64,000 nt of DNA, from assembly GCF_009834535.1 (NCBI RefSeq), contig NC_045696.1, forward strand, positions 20,214,001 to 20,278,000, given 5' to 3'. The stretch comes from Camelus ferus. Taxonomy: Eukaryota. Numbering within the stretch: the first letter of the stretch is position 1; each line of letters opens with the position of its first letter. The notes beneath the pieces were generated by a model. That model was not told where the DNA came from and searched no databases. It saw nothing but the letters and a program-made list of their open reading frames with translations. The translations under genes and the position numbers were made by a program. This document shows positions 50,791 through 64,000 of the stretch, in pieces.

Positions 50791-53700
50791 GTGGCCATAT
50801 CATTGTGTACGTGTTTTCAGGTACACTCTTATTTTCAAGCAATGTGAATTTGATTACACACACACACACACATGCATACACACAGAGTCTCTACTATTGG
50901 TAAATATACTTATATGTTTATGACTCAAATCAGATGACCAGTACACTTTCATTTTGTGGGGCACAACCATGTTTGTATATAGAGAGGATTGTTCATTTGA
51001 ATTAATAGATTTCCACATTCCATGAGCTTTCTCATAAACCAAATAGTATGTTACATGCTATGAATTATGAAATCATATAGTACATATAATGGAATAGACA
51101 AGGTGAGATTATTAATTCTCCCTGGATCTAAAAATTTCAAATTGGAATATCAAGAATTTTAAATGTAACATGTGTTCTAAAAATAGAAAATTTTGTAGAT
51201 ATAAAGTGCTATATTCTACTTGTAGTTTAAAATGTGGTCTGAAAAAATTAGCTTATTAAAGGTGTATATTATGGAGTCACATTTGGAGAAGAGAAAATTG
51301 TGATGAAATTCATTTAACGTGTTCTGTTAAACAAGAATGGAAGTGTTGCCTTGAAATGGGAAATATTAAATGTTATAAACTGTCTTCATTGTAATCTGAA
51401 CTTTGAGAAGACAATGGAGTACAAAATAAGTTAACTCAAGAGGATAAAAAGCTATGTCATCATTTTCCCACATATCTGAATTATCACTGATGAGAAACTC
51501 CTAATTAGCATTTTGACCTTTAAGCAGATAATTCAGTGAAACTTTCATTAGTAGTAGATCAAGAAGAAACTGCAAATTAAAATCCAATTTTCTGACTTGT
51601 TGCAAACTGCTTACTGAATTTAAGGATATCTATATATAATTACATAATTTTCATTATCAATGAACATGCTAATAGTAGACTCATTCAAAAATATGTTACA
51701 AAGGAAATATACTTTAAAAAAGTTTAAGAAACTAGATTTTACCTTTTCCACATTACTGAAAGAACTAATTTAATGTAGAGTTGTTTAAAATTAGCTAAAG
51801 AAAGAATATGTACTATTTGCTCCAATTTCATTAAATTTTAAGTACTGTTTTCCTTTTCAATTCAGTTATTATTATTGAGAGTTCACATTAAAATATTTTT
51901 AAGAATAAAATAAACAAATTTTCCCTTCTCTCAATTTTTCTAACAGTTTATGGAGTGTAAGACATGAAGAAAGTTTATTATTTTCACCGATTTTTTTATG
52001 AGTGGGCATGGAAAATAACCAGTTCCACATATGACCAATTTTTCTGACTTGGTTGTTTTATATATCTATAAAAAACAAATCTTTGCAATGTCAAGCTTAC
52101 CATGCCATTTATGCTTATCACTAGCAGCCTTTTGGAAAACAGCAATATATATCTTCCTGTTACAGATTGATTTCTCGTCACTGAACAAATTAAAGTGTTA
52201 CTAATGATGGCAATGATTCTGACCCTCAGGACAATTCCAGAGACTCCGTGTGTTGATGATGTTACTGTTTGCTATTGCTGCCCTTTTGAAAAGCCCAAGG
52301 CTTGTTCCCGGAATAGTTAAGATCATTAAATGCATCCCATGATTTTACAGTACCTGTGATGGCGTTGTGGAATAGAGGTACCGTGAGAAGATTAAAAGTA
52401 TGACTGTCTTTACCCCAAGGCTTATTTGCACAAATTTACTACAAGAAAATTAAAAAGTAAAATTCATTTCACAACATCAAGACTAATAGCTTGATACTGG
52501 ATAATAGTAAGAGATCTTATTTTAAAACCTGGTGCCAGTGTATCATTGAGGTGGATTACCTAGGTGAGGTTTAAGAGTACTAAAATTTTCAACACAGTCA
52601 CTGATTTTAAATTGTACATTTTCAGAACTTAAGTTTCATATGTTTTGAAGTGAGAAAGTTATGTCTAATGCATTATCTGTAAGTATTCGTGGAAACTTAA
52701 GAATCACTTTCTTTTTCTTATTTGGAAAACTTATAGTAAATGCATACTGCATTCCTGAGAATGAAATGTGCCATTTTCTGGTGTTCAATCCTTTATATGA
52801 AATGGGTTGCAGGCATTATATAAAATTTGAGAAATTTTTTATATGATTAGGAGTCCCAGAAAATTTTACATTGTACCTTCATAAAAAACAAACAAACAAA
52901 AGACACAAAAAGAAACCCCCAAAAGACTTCTCATAATTTATATCACTCAACCTTAAGTATCTATTCCTCTGGTTTTTGCTTTAGCAACAATATAATCAAT
53001 ATGTGATTTGAACTGTCAGCAGAACTTAAAAAAAATGAAACATAGCATATGATTTTAGTGATTAAATATATTTATCAGAAATAGTCAAATATTCTTAAAG
53101 AAGAAGTGGCAAGCTTTTGAAGTGGTCTCAATGAAACCAGGTATGATGTATTGTATTTGCTTTGGAGTATTTTCATCCAACTGTGTGCCAAGCCTATCTG
53201 ATGAGACTGCAGATCAGGGAAGAATGTCACTGAAGACTGAAAATCTTTCAGAAAATGATGCTCAAAATACAAGACAAAGTTAAGATTAAAGAACTGTGAA
53301 ATAAGTAATAGGAAGAGAAGAAAGATTTAATAAAATTAGAAGGGAAGCCAAAGAGCCTAGTTTTTAAAAAGCGTCAATTCTGTTAAGCAGTCAGGTTCGC
53401 AACCACGTCAGATATTCCTTTTACCATGTCCATGAACAGGGACCCACTCTGATTACTTTCGTTAACGGAGATTCATCATATGTATATAATGAAGTAAGGA
53501 CACAAAATATCAGTTGCTGCAAAACTAGAGCTCACAGAAACTTGCAATAGAATAATCACCAGCAGGATGTGAGGCAGCTCCAGCATACTGCAGCAGTGAT
53601 GGTTCTAAACAACTATTCCGATAGTCCTATTTGTGTCCACTCTGTCTACCTGTCCTCTCTTTTATTCCTTCTCACCATCTTACTGTGATACGCAGCAGCT

Positions 53701-54615
53701 GTTCTCCTTCCTGCCAGCCCTTGGCTCTTGACTATTAACACTTCACTTCTGCTTACTCTCTCAGTTTTCTGTGCCCCTCCAATTTGGATCACTGTAATCT
53801 CCACTAGCTTTCCAAATATACCATGTTCAGGCTGTCAGAAAGAGAGAACTGGCTGAACCAGCCAGTCATCATCCAGCTTAACATGTTCCTGATGGGCTGA
53901 GCATCTTACTGTTTGATAGTCGACTCTTTAAACAGGAGGAGTCCTGGATCTCAGATATCGATTACTGTTCGAACTTTTAAGTCCCTTTGGTACAAAGCAT
54001 AGCCTGATATAAAATTCTCTTTGAAAAACTCTAAACTTGTAATGGATTCTGAGAAATATATGACCTTTCCTCTAGCCACCTTTAGGCATAACGATCTACA
54101 CAGGTCCAGTGTCTAAAAAGAGTTGGTTAACTGGAGTAAATTATCCAAATTCCTTTAAATTCCTGCTGTTTCCTTTTTTAAAAAAGCAATATATGTATTT
54201 TATTAAACAAATTGAAACAATGGAGATTTATGTAAAATAAAAAGTAGAAATTTCCTGTAACCCACCTTGAGAAAATTACTGTTAACAACTGGTTGTATCT
54301 TCCTTAGTTGCTAAGCATATTATAAAATATTATGTTTTTTACATTGGGATCATAAACAATAATTTTCTGTAACTTGTACACACATGTTCATCATGATGGC
54401 TACATAATATTCTACATAATGTTATTTATTTTTGGTATTTTACTATTAGAAATAATGCTTTTATATGTTATCTCTCTAGCTATATGTTTTATATTTGTGT
54501 AAGGACTTCCACAGTATAAAATTCTAACATGAATATATTGGATAAAAGAGTTTTTACAGATTAATGTTTATTAATTAAGTACTTCAAGTATATCACATTC
54601 TGTGTGAGATGATGG

Positions 54616-55152
54616 TGAAGGAGTCACAAAATGGCTTCCTTGATGCTAAGACAGTTTATAGAATTCACTGTGATTGATTGTTTTCTGACTATCCTGTTTT
54701 TCTTTTTTCTTGCTACTGCTATTGTATAACTTGCTTGAATGATTACCTGCTATCCTATGATTTAAGCCCTACCCTAAATACCCTTGTATCTGAAACTCAG
54801 AAGCTATTTTCCAGAAAAGGTTACGGAATGATAACAATGCAAGAATGGCTAGATCCTCCAAAAAACCTTGTGACACTGGAGGGATCAGACCTGATAATGC
54901 CAAGGCCGCAGGCAAAGGCCTACTTAATGGACCATAAAAGACTCTGTTGTTCTTTATCACTGATATGCTCCATTCACTTCGCCTATATAACCACCAAGTC
55001 CCAACACCAAGATGGATTCACAGTTTCCAAGGCATTAGCCTGTTGTCCCTTTGCTGGGCAAAGCAATCAAGTGGTTCTCTTCTTTGCTCCCCAAACTCTG
55101 CCTCTGAGTTTGAATCTGCTTTTCATGGTGCAGAGGCTGTTTTTTAGCAGCG
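54616..55152 (+). mobile_element. Solo LTR, ERV1 class
   Basis: Starts with TG (tgaaggagtcacaaaatggc), TATA cctatataa at ~54982, U5-like end gcagaggctgttttttagcagcg. TSD atgg at 54612-54615 and 55153-55156. Confidence 0.8.
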
Positions 55153-56984
55153 ATGGTAGTACAAAGGTCAAAGTGTTATATATTTTACCCTATTGTGCTT
55201 CTCTTTTGCTATCATCTCACTGAGAGTTGTCAACCCTATACATGGATGGCCCTTAGATCATTCTTCTGCAGAACAACCTCACTCCAACAGTATCTAACAA
55301 TCAGCCACCTCTGGGCTTTTCTCAAGATTGAAGTGTGTTATAAGAAAAGAAGAGAAAAAAGAATGAATACATGAATGAGCCCCTGTGCTCTCATGGTTAG
55401 CAAATTCAAGGATTCCTAAAACCTGCTGCCAGAACTTCCCCAGTTTTCCCTTGTTTTGCTCTACTTCTTGGCAAGTGTTCTTCATTCTTCATTCTTCATA
55501 AAAAGTATTCAAAATGAGTCTATTCTCCATAATTCTTTGAATCTATACCCTCTTTTAGCAGATCATCTTGCCTTATCCGTCATACAAAAGAAGCCACCTG
55601 ATCAAACCTCTCTTAAAATCCTGATATTAAATTAGTCTTTTTTGGTTCCCCTTCTGGTAAAAACAAGAGTATTACCATTTCCTTAATCTAAATGTTTAAA
55701 AATAGCAAAGAACAAAATCTTGTGTTACCTGAAGAAGACAGGTGCTGGCTGGTAAAGGAAAAAAAGAGAAAGGGGAATCAACAGAATCTAACCTTCTCTT
55801 TTGTAGATTTAGAACCTCACTCTTTTCACTATTTCTGAGATGAATATCCCTGGAGTCCTGTTACACACACACACACACATACAAACACAAATACATATAG
55901 CAAACTAAAATAAACAAACAAACCTAAAACAATAATGTATATTTAATAATTCAGAAATACATATTTCCATAATGACAACTTCAATAGCTATGAGGTCATT
56001 CAAGGCCACTAGTCAATGACTATTCTCACTTTCAGTGAGATGTATGGAAAACTGAGCTAAAACCACAAGTTCAGTTAGCACAAAAACAATAAATGGAGTT
56101 ACCTGCATGCTTAAAATACCTGATATATCTGCTTTCACAGTAAGGATATATAGGAGAAAGAAACCCTCTTTCTTTACAATTGTTTATTTTTCTTTTAGTT
56201 TCTGTTATTAACTCTAGAAGTTGAGCAATTCTAGGTAAACATTACCAATACCTTGTGTAATATAAAGCTAGGAGTGGCTATTCAAAAATACCTCATGCTA
56301 TTTGCATAGGACCTCAAAAGCATTAAGCACCTACTACGTGCCAGACACTCTTCCATCCATTAGAATAATTCTTGGCATTATACCTGTATTTGACACATAT
56401 ATATTGAGATTATGAAGGCTCTCTGGAAAGTAGAATCTGAAAAAACAGAGGCATACTTTTGTTTTACAAAATTTATTTTCATCAGACTACCGACCTATTT
56501 TGGTTTTGGAACATAATGAATGTTTAAAACAGTGTTTCCTTTGTTGGATGAAAGCACTGAAGAAGAGACAGAACACATGGCAACTCATTACAATGAATTA
56601 AATTTCCTTTAATCTCTGTGAGGTCATATGAACATTAAATCTTATCCTGTTATTACAGCAAGATGAGAGGCAAAAGCTGAAGTCTTTGGTGAGACAAAGA
56701 CTTATAAAATATTATTGCTTTAAACATAAAATCATTATGTCTAATTGAAACAGAAAAGCTAAACGAGGTACGAGAGTCTACAGAAGAAACACTATGTTGT
56801 CTACTGAAATTCGTGCTTCCACTCGGCAGTATAGTCACACATTGGCTAAGCTACGAGATGAAGGAAGAACTTGGTCCTTTCCTTAGAAAGACATAAAAGG
56901 TGGAAAGAAATCTTATGGATCCAAGCACTAGATGCTTAGGTGGGTGAGGAAAATTTTTTCTTTTTTCATAATCATGGTAAGAAA

Positions 56985-57150
56985 ACTTAAATAATGAATA
57001 AAGAACACTTAAATGAATAAAGAATTTGTTGTTATAAATACAATGGGAAATTATTCAGCTTTAAAAAAGAAGGAAATCCAGCCATATGCAGCAACATGGA
57101 AAAACCTTGAGAACATCATGCTAAGTGAAATAAGATAGTCACAGAAGGAA
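56985..57150 (+). mobile_element. Old L1 fragment (ORF2 end)
   Basis: tacaatgggaaattattcagctttaaaaaagaaggaaatcc...catgctaagtgaaataag. Confidence 0.75.
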
Positions 57151-57304
57151 TGAACTTTTCAGACACTGAAATTTGGGGGTATTGGGTTTTTTTTTTTTGA
57201 ATAGTTAGTTTTGTCTTTCCTAATACTGTGAGTATGTGCAGTCATTTAAATGTACATTTCTTATAAGTGGCCTTGAAATATTTCATGGGGTTAAAAAAAA
57301 AAAA

Positions 57305-57890
57305 AGACTCTTGACTTCATGAAGCCTACATTTTAACAAGAGGAGAAAGGCAAAAAAGAGTTAAGTAAATGCATGGACAGATCTTACATCTTAGGAAGCC
57401 AAGCATCAGTAAGCAGAGTGAACTGAGAGTGACTGAGGTTGGCATAGGTTGCATATTTTAGAGAGGATGCTACAGCAGTGCACACGTGAAGAGGTGAAGA
57501 TCAAATAGGTGTAAGGAGGCAAGAACAGCATGCCAAAAAAAATGAGATGTGGGCAAACACAGAGGGCTTGAATGTGCTTCGCTGTGAAATGAACAAAATG
57601 AGGCAAGGTGGAATGAGAAGGTGGTACAAACTGAGGTTGGATCTGTACCAAGAGACAGCTCAAGCAGAATCTTCTACTAAAGAGATTGGATTTTTAAGGG
57701 CAATGAGAAATCATAAGGATGCAAGGATGTTACTCACTTCGATTTATGTTATATGGATCATTTTTGTCTCTGTCATTTGGTTGAAGGTGAAGCATAGTGG
57801 AACCTTGGGTAACAAGAGAATTCTGCAATTTTCCAGGCAGGAGATAAAGATGGCTACAGCCCTGGTACTCACAGTGTAGGTGGAGAGCAT
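57305..57890 (-). mobile_element. L2 fragment
   Basis: cttcatgaagcctacatttt...ggcaagaacagcatgccaaa...gggcaatgagaa...ttccaggcaggagataaagatggct. Confidence 0.55.
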
Positions 57891-59348
57891 CACAAAAATT
57901 CATCACAAAAATTTAAATGGAAAGTATGTTCACGTGGAATGTGAAATTTCATTTCCTCAAATACTACTCAGGTAAAAGTTCTATTATTAGGAAATGGAAG
58001 GAAGTATTTACCGACTACTGATGCTTTTCAAAATTTGTTTTGGTCCAGATACAAGAGTTAGGTATATTTGGTAAACTTTCTATATAGAAAATTAAATAAT
58101 ACATTTCAGAAGTAAGGAGATCATTCTCTATATGATTTAAAAACTCTCCAACAAAAGGCAAGTGCATTGGATAAATGGTTCAAATATTTGTATACTTTCC
58201 TGGCTATATTTAATTGAGTACAATGGAGTGGCATAGCTTCGAAAATATTTTTGTCTGCCCTTATTGCATTTCCTTTACTATTAAGTGCTTTTGGAAAATG
58301 ACAGATTGATAAACATAGAAACTTCACACAGGAAGCCTCAAGCTGTAATTTTTTTTCCTAACTAGAATGCTATCTGGATTTTTATCTCTACATGAAATAA
58401 GGCACTAATACTTTGGTTCTCTATTAAAATGTAGTGTCACTTTGATGAAATAGGTAATGCGCTGACATCAATAGATGAAAACAATGCATTTCAGGAGAGA
58501 TTCAAAAGGCCTTATGAGCTTAAATCCAAAGATACTGAACACTGAATGCTAAGTAGTGATTAGCAACAGAATATGGAATTTGAGAATGTTAATGTGTGCA
58601 CATGAATGAAATCTAAAGTGGCACTAGAACTCTTTCAAAGGCTATGTTTACAGGACATTATTCAATATGTTAATTTACGTCAAGTAAAAAAATTAAAAAT
58701 AATTATATACATATGAATCATGGAATTTGTATGAAAGATCTATCTTACTAAATATGCTATTTTTATCAGTGTGGTTTAAAGAATGTGGTTGTGCAAATGT
58801 GAAATGAGGCTGTTGGCTAATTGCAAGAGAGCATAAAGCAGACCTATAAAATAGTTCACTTGAATAAAACAGATTCTGAATTTAGGAGATTATTACAGTT
58901 TGATGAACTACAGTGACTGAAAACATAGTCCTGATTCAATGGATGACTATACAATTGCTTTCATGGTTGAGAATTCCTCCTTTTTCCCCTCTTACTGTTA
59001 GACTTGCTCTAAAATCTGTAGCTTAGTTTATTGGAAGCCTCAATAGTTCTCTTCAATACGTAAGAGGGCAGTAATTCACTCCTAACTTTAATCATCTGGA
59101 ATTGACTAGGTGTGGTCCATAAAATGCTGAAATATAACTATGACACAGCTAACAATGTTAGCAGAGGCAATGAGTTATGATTACCCAGATGTAGCTATTA
59201 ATCTTCCTATAGCTGTGCTAAAAATACAGAGTAAACTCGTGTTCTTACAGTAAGTGTATGTGTATGCACTGATGTTTTTGTGTGCGTGTGTATAGGTGAG
59301 TCAAGAGCTCAAAGCTATTTGAATCACAAGATGAAAGAAAGAGATACA

Positions 59349-59950
59349 CAGTGGATTCTCATTATTTGCAGCAATGTGCTGTAAAGTCACCATGAACACT
59401 GAACTAGAGGATATTGAGTCATTACTCCTAGAGGAAATAGGGTTGGGTTCCTGGAAGCCTCTAGCCAAAACATTTTATCAACCCATCACTACATAACCTC
59501 GTACATGAGTGTTTGTTTTCAGAGACACCTTATTTAGTATTTACTGTTGATTCATTAGTATTGAACTTACAGCCAACATGTTAAGTCATGCCTGAATGAA
59601 GCTTACTTAAACACTTATTTTCTCTGTAAAGTACAACCTAGCCTTCCTGCACTTAGTTAAACTACACAGCACTTCGGCACTACAACTTAAGCGCAATCTT
59701 AAACAACTGGAATCACTACCATCACCACAACCAAAAGACAGAAAAATGCAAAAAGAAGTGCAGCACAAATTATAATGCAAAAATGACACACAGTGTGAGA
59801 GCTGAAACAAGAAGGCAGAGGATCACTTTGTTTGACCTCAGCTGGGAACATGAACATCATGTCACTCAAATTTTTTTACTGTTCGGGGCATGTGCAAATG
59901 GAGTGGAGTTATGGCTCCATGATTCTTCCTATGTTGACTCGTGTCAGTTG
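59349..59950. mobile_element. TcMar-Tigger element (MER82/Tigger6-like), truncated
   Basis: cagtggattctcattatttgc...aaagtcaccatgaacactgaa...ctcctagaggaaatagggttgggttcctggaagcctct...catgcctgaatgaagctta...gacctcagctgggaacatg. Confidence 0.8.
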
Positions 59951-62309
59951 TAAATTCTACTATGGGACAGAAATTGGAGGAGGTATGTTACACGACAATT
60001 CAAAAAACCATGACTAAACACCTACGTTATGTTAGGCACTTCGTTAATTGCAAGCATGTAACAAAATAACCCTGGTCTGCAGTCTTTGGGGAGTAAAACT
60101 TATGGTGCCTTATCAGTCAAGAGTGTTCAAACAATTGCTGGTTTTTGTACATACCTGCATAGGTCTGCTAAGATTCCTCTAACAACTATTAAAAAATTCT
60201 TATATTTAAATGGAAATACTAATTGGCTTGAAATACTATGTGATTAAAGACATGGCCGTCATTTTTAAATCAGTTGAGAAAAGGGGATTCCAAGGCAGCT
60301 CTCTTCTATCATTGAAATAGTCTGTTAACATCATTGATAGTGAAATAGTAATTACTGAATTAATACTGGTAACTCTTAGTTCTGCAAAATATTCTAAATA
60401 GGATTAATTGTCATTATAGATGACATAAAAGGAATATACCATGTCTTTATAATCTGCACAGAAGGTAACAGCGCTTACTGCCAATATTTTGGATTTAAAA
60501 TTTAAAGAGAGTAAATTGATCTGGAAAGAAAAATTGAACAGCTTGTAAATTGTACATACACACACACACATACACAGATACAGACGTGTGTGTATAACAA
60601 TTTAAGATGAGTTTTTATGTTTATAGAGCATATTTGGGGGATTTATAGTATGTCAGTTAAGTTTGTGTTTTTATTGGTGCACAATTTACCAGGATTACTT
60701 AAACTTGAAGGCAGGAACATCTGTCTGATTTTACAGTCAAGTTCTATGACCACTTTACCTCTTTCCCTGTCCATATATTTTGCTAAGCCATGAAACTTGA
60801 ACTGATTATGATATGTGAAAAATCACCATTATTCCATTATCGATATTGAAAAGGTAAAATTAAAAATGAAAATACTCTGAGGGTTGGCCCATACTATCAT
60901 TGACAAACAAATGTCAGTCCAAATGACATGCCATTGCTTGACACATTTTTCAACCAAGTGTCACAGTCATCTTTGGAGAGTATCAAGGAAATGTTTGGAA
61001 ATACCTGGAACATTTAAACATTTTTTTTTTTTCCATTGGGAATCTTCAAACTTAATTGACAGACCCAGAAATCTAAAGAAAATCTGATAAAAATTTAGAA
61101 TATTCCATTGTGTACTCTGGGATTAATATTATTTTAGGAAATGAAGTAAATACTGGGATACTTTTAAAATTATATTTCACAATAAATGATTACATAAAGT
61201 TTTATGAAGATAAATTTACCTATGTATCTGTCTATCTATCTATCCAAACTCTATATTGATTTCACATTCAAACCTCTTTATTTACATAATATGAAGGGAG
61301 ATGTGTTATTATCTGAGAGGGGAGCCATATTATTTTCTAAGGAACTTACAGGCATTTTTTAAAAAGTATTAAATTTCAGAGAAGTCAAATATATTTTTTT
61401 CAAAAATAAGGATTAACATAAATGCCTCTTTATACCTCAAATGTTTATAAGTGAGCTTATTTTTAATCAAATTAATAAATGTTAATAGAAACAAAATGAT
61501 TAATACAAATTCTGTTTTTAAATGGACTGTTATCTAACTTTGCATAAATTACTTTCTTCCTGTTGTTTTCCAACTTCACCTGCCTTCTCTGTAGGAAAGT
61601 TCCTAAATCCATTTTGTAAATCTGGTGGTGACTACAATGACTTAAAAGATAAGCATAAAATACTGTTGTCACTACTGATGTGTTTATATTACACTTGCAC
61701 TGAAACTAGGACAAATATTTTTGTCTTGAAAACAAAGTCAGGTGAGCTTGAAGTACTTGTCTGTTTTAACCACTGAACCATTAAATTTTTAATGACTTTA
61801 AGTTTTAAATTATAAATAACTTTCTCAAACTTTTTTTTGGATCCCTGTAAAAAGTGGATTGATGTGGAAAACATCTATATACAAAGAAGAAAACAGGAAA
61901 ATAAGACAGTCTTACTTTGTTGTTTGTACTGACATTTCCTAAGTAGCACCAGGTGATATTAAAATGATAAGTAAGGTTGTTTAGAGGTTTTAATGGAGAA
62001 ATTGGCAAAAAGAGAAATAATTTTTTTTTGTAACTTCCAATGATTAAATGCCTCAATTTGATTTTAGGGTCATTCCCATAATGGAAATTTTAAGTAAAAA
62101 GTTGTTCATTTTAGTATTAATTTGAAAATACTTAAAAGTGATGGCCAATGATTTTAAATCTGTTTCCTTTCAGAGCTATCTGAATTTTTTTTTAATCAGT
62201 AAACAAACTCATGCCAGGTAATTCAATAGAGGAAATCTAATATGAAAAATTAATTCCCAAAGTGTATAAGAGGAAAAGGGCAATTAGAGGAGAATGAAAA
62301 AATCTCTAT

Positions 62310-62719
62310 TCTAAACAACTACAGGAGGCTCCTACCACTCTTCGGACTGAAGAAACACAGGGCGGTGGTGGTGGTACCAGCCTCAAGGGGTTAGAGCTCC
62401 CCGTCAGTGACGGGATCACAGCACAGATGTGCTCGTTAGGAGTGAGGACCCTGGAAGCATAGTTGGTGTGGTGAGAGCTGGAAGTGTCTAAGAGATGCAG
62501 CTTCCACCAGAGATGCCGCCCAAGGAAGAAACTTGTGAGAAACACCTACTCTTTGAATTTCCTTCTGTCCCCAAATCCCCTTGTCGTGTCTCCTATTGAC
62601 TGAACGTAGCCTGAAGTCAATATGCAAAAGATACTGGGAAAAGCTGATAGTCCCCACTGTTATGCCAAGAAGAGCAGGGGCAAAGCAGTAAATAGAACTA
62701 AGGGCAAATGACTAGCACA
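62310..62719 (-). mobile_element. Ancient ERVL LTR (LTR33/LTR41-like)
   Basis: gtgtctcctattgactgaac...gggcaaatgactagcaca terminus; GC-richer than its flanks. Confidence 0.55.
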
Positions 62720-64000
62720 GTCCTTCTAAAAGCATGGATCAATTTATTATGTCTCCTGCAATTTTTTGAAGTCTCAAATGCTCCCCACTGCCAACTGTAA
62801 AGGGGTTAAATAACCCTCCTCAACAAGACCATCAATACTCTTGCATTCCTGCACCAGTCTAATTTTCCAGGCTGGTCTTTTGCCACTCCCTACCTTTCAG
62901 TCTAACATAGGGGTAAAAATAAACCAAATGTTAGTTTTTACCACATCGAGTAACTTCAGGTAACTAAACCTTGTTCATCTTATGACTTTTGCTTATAGTG
63001 TTTTTCTTGGCCCTCCTCCTGAGCCCAACATTTGTACAATGATTCTTAACATCTTAGAAAATCAATTCAAACATATCATTTCTGTGGAAGTTTTTGATAT
63101 GCAGATAGAGTGAATTACTTTATAGTGATTAACCATAATATTATATGAGCATAATATTTATAGTATATTATTAGTAGTACAGTTTTGTTTCCTTTAATAA
63201 ACAACTTTTTCAAGACAGGGACCAAATTAATAAATATAGTGAATGGATGATTTTCATTTCTCAGTAAACATTAAATATATGAATGCATTATATCCTTTTT
63301 TAGAAGCTAATACATTATATTTTTTCAAGAAAATTTCCAATATATTAATCACTGTGGCAACTTTCTTTTTGTATTTGTAGGTTAATGCTTTGTACTACTC
63401 AGGTTTACACTGAAATATAAAAAACCCCAAAACACTTAATTTTGTCACTAACAATCTCTTTCTTGTTATTTTGTTAAAATTTCTCTTAAAAAACATCTTC
63501 TTTCTAATAAAATAATACATGCAACTTCACATGATTGGTAAAACATCATTTTTTTTATTTGCAAACTGGTAAACAATCAATACCTACAAGGATCAAGGAA
63601 AAATTATCATGAGCTTTGAATTTTATTAGTTGCAGCTATCATTTGTTTTCCACTTACATCCATTTCTTTAATGCCCATGGACTGAAGTAAGAGTCCCTAT
63701 GAAGTATGTGAGCTCAATTCTCTAGTCATTTGTGATAAACTCTTGGATAAACTATATCCAGTTATGAATAAACTCTTGTTTTAAATGGAGAGGAAGCATC
63801 CCTTGGAAATGTCTGCAGCTGCTCTCCTTCTAGCATTATGCTTGCATTTCAGTCAAGAGGAAGAAATGATCCCTTTTTCCAAAAGCTAAGTTCTTCTCAG
63901 TAAGTTCCTGTTAGACTTGACTTTGTGTTCCTTTGGGCAGAAATATATTACATGACAATCCTTAAAAGAAGCGAGAAATTATGTTCTTGACTTTTAAATC

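Noticed and set aside
54678..55223. 181-aa ORF as a gene
   Set aside because: It lies almost wholly within a solo LTR, has a non-ATG start, and resembles no protein I recognise.
43990..63385. Scattered strong splice-like sites (e.g. donor ~43996; acceptors ~46500, ~49000, ~62173, ~63380)
   Set aside because: They do not assemble into an open, recognisable exon chain and are frequent in pyrimidine-rich DNA.

Overview
AT-rich, gene-poor mammalian genomic DNA, either intergenic or deep intronic. A tRNA-Ala-type SINE resembling the camelid vic-1 family, and no Alu, Bov-A/Bov-tA or PRE SINE that I could recognise, suggest a camel/alpaca/llama genome. I find no supportable protein-coding gene, RNA gene or CRISPR array. 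The longer ORFs are LINE-1 ORF2 remnants or chance ORFs. The window is a stack of transposon layers: (i) young and older L1 insertions, two of them 5'-inverted (twin-primed); (ii) a decayed minus-strand ERV1-class provirus with 5' LTR, Leu-like PBS and gag relic, carrying two nested solo LTRs, one MER41-like; (iii) further solo ERV1 LTRs with 4-bp TSDs; (iv) ancient MaLR, ERVL, L2, MIR, Tigger and hAT fragments. I see no evidence of a new biological system. The most interesting items are: a 38-bp L1 endonuclease-domain patch replacing the purine tract of an L1 3'UTR; a twin-primed L1 missing roughly 2 kb at its inversion point; the MER41-like LTR with STAT-type motifs; a local CpG-excess tract; and a repeat-free, motif-dense candidate enhancer near 35 kb. 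Repeat family names are recalled from consensus sequences and need RepeatMasker/Dfam confirmation. Boundaries without TSDs are approximate.
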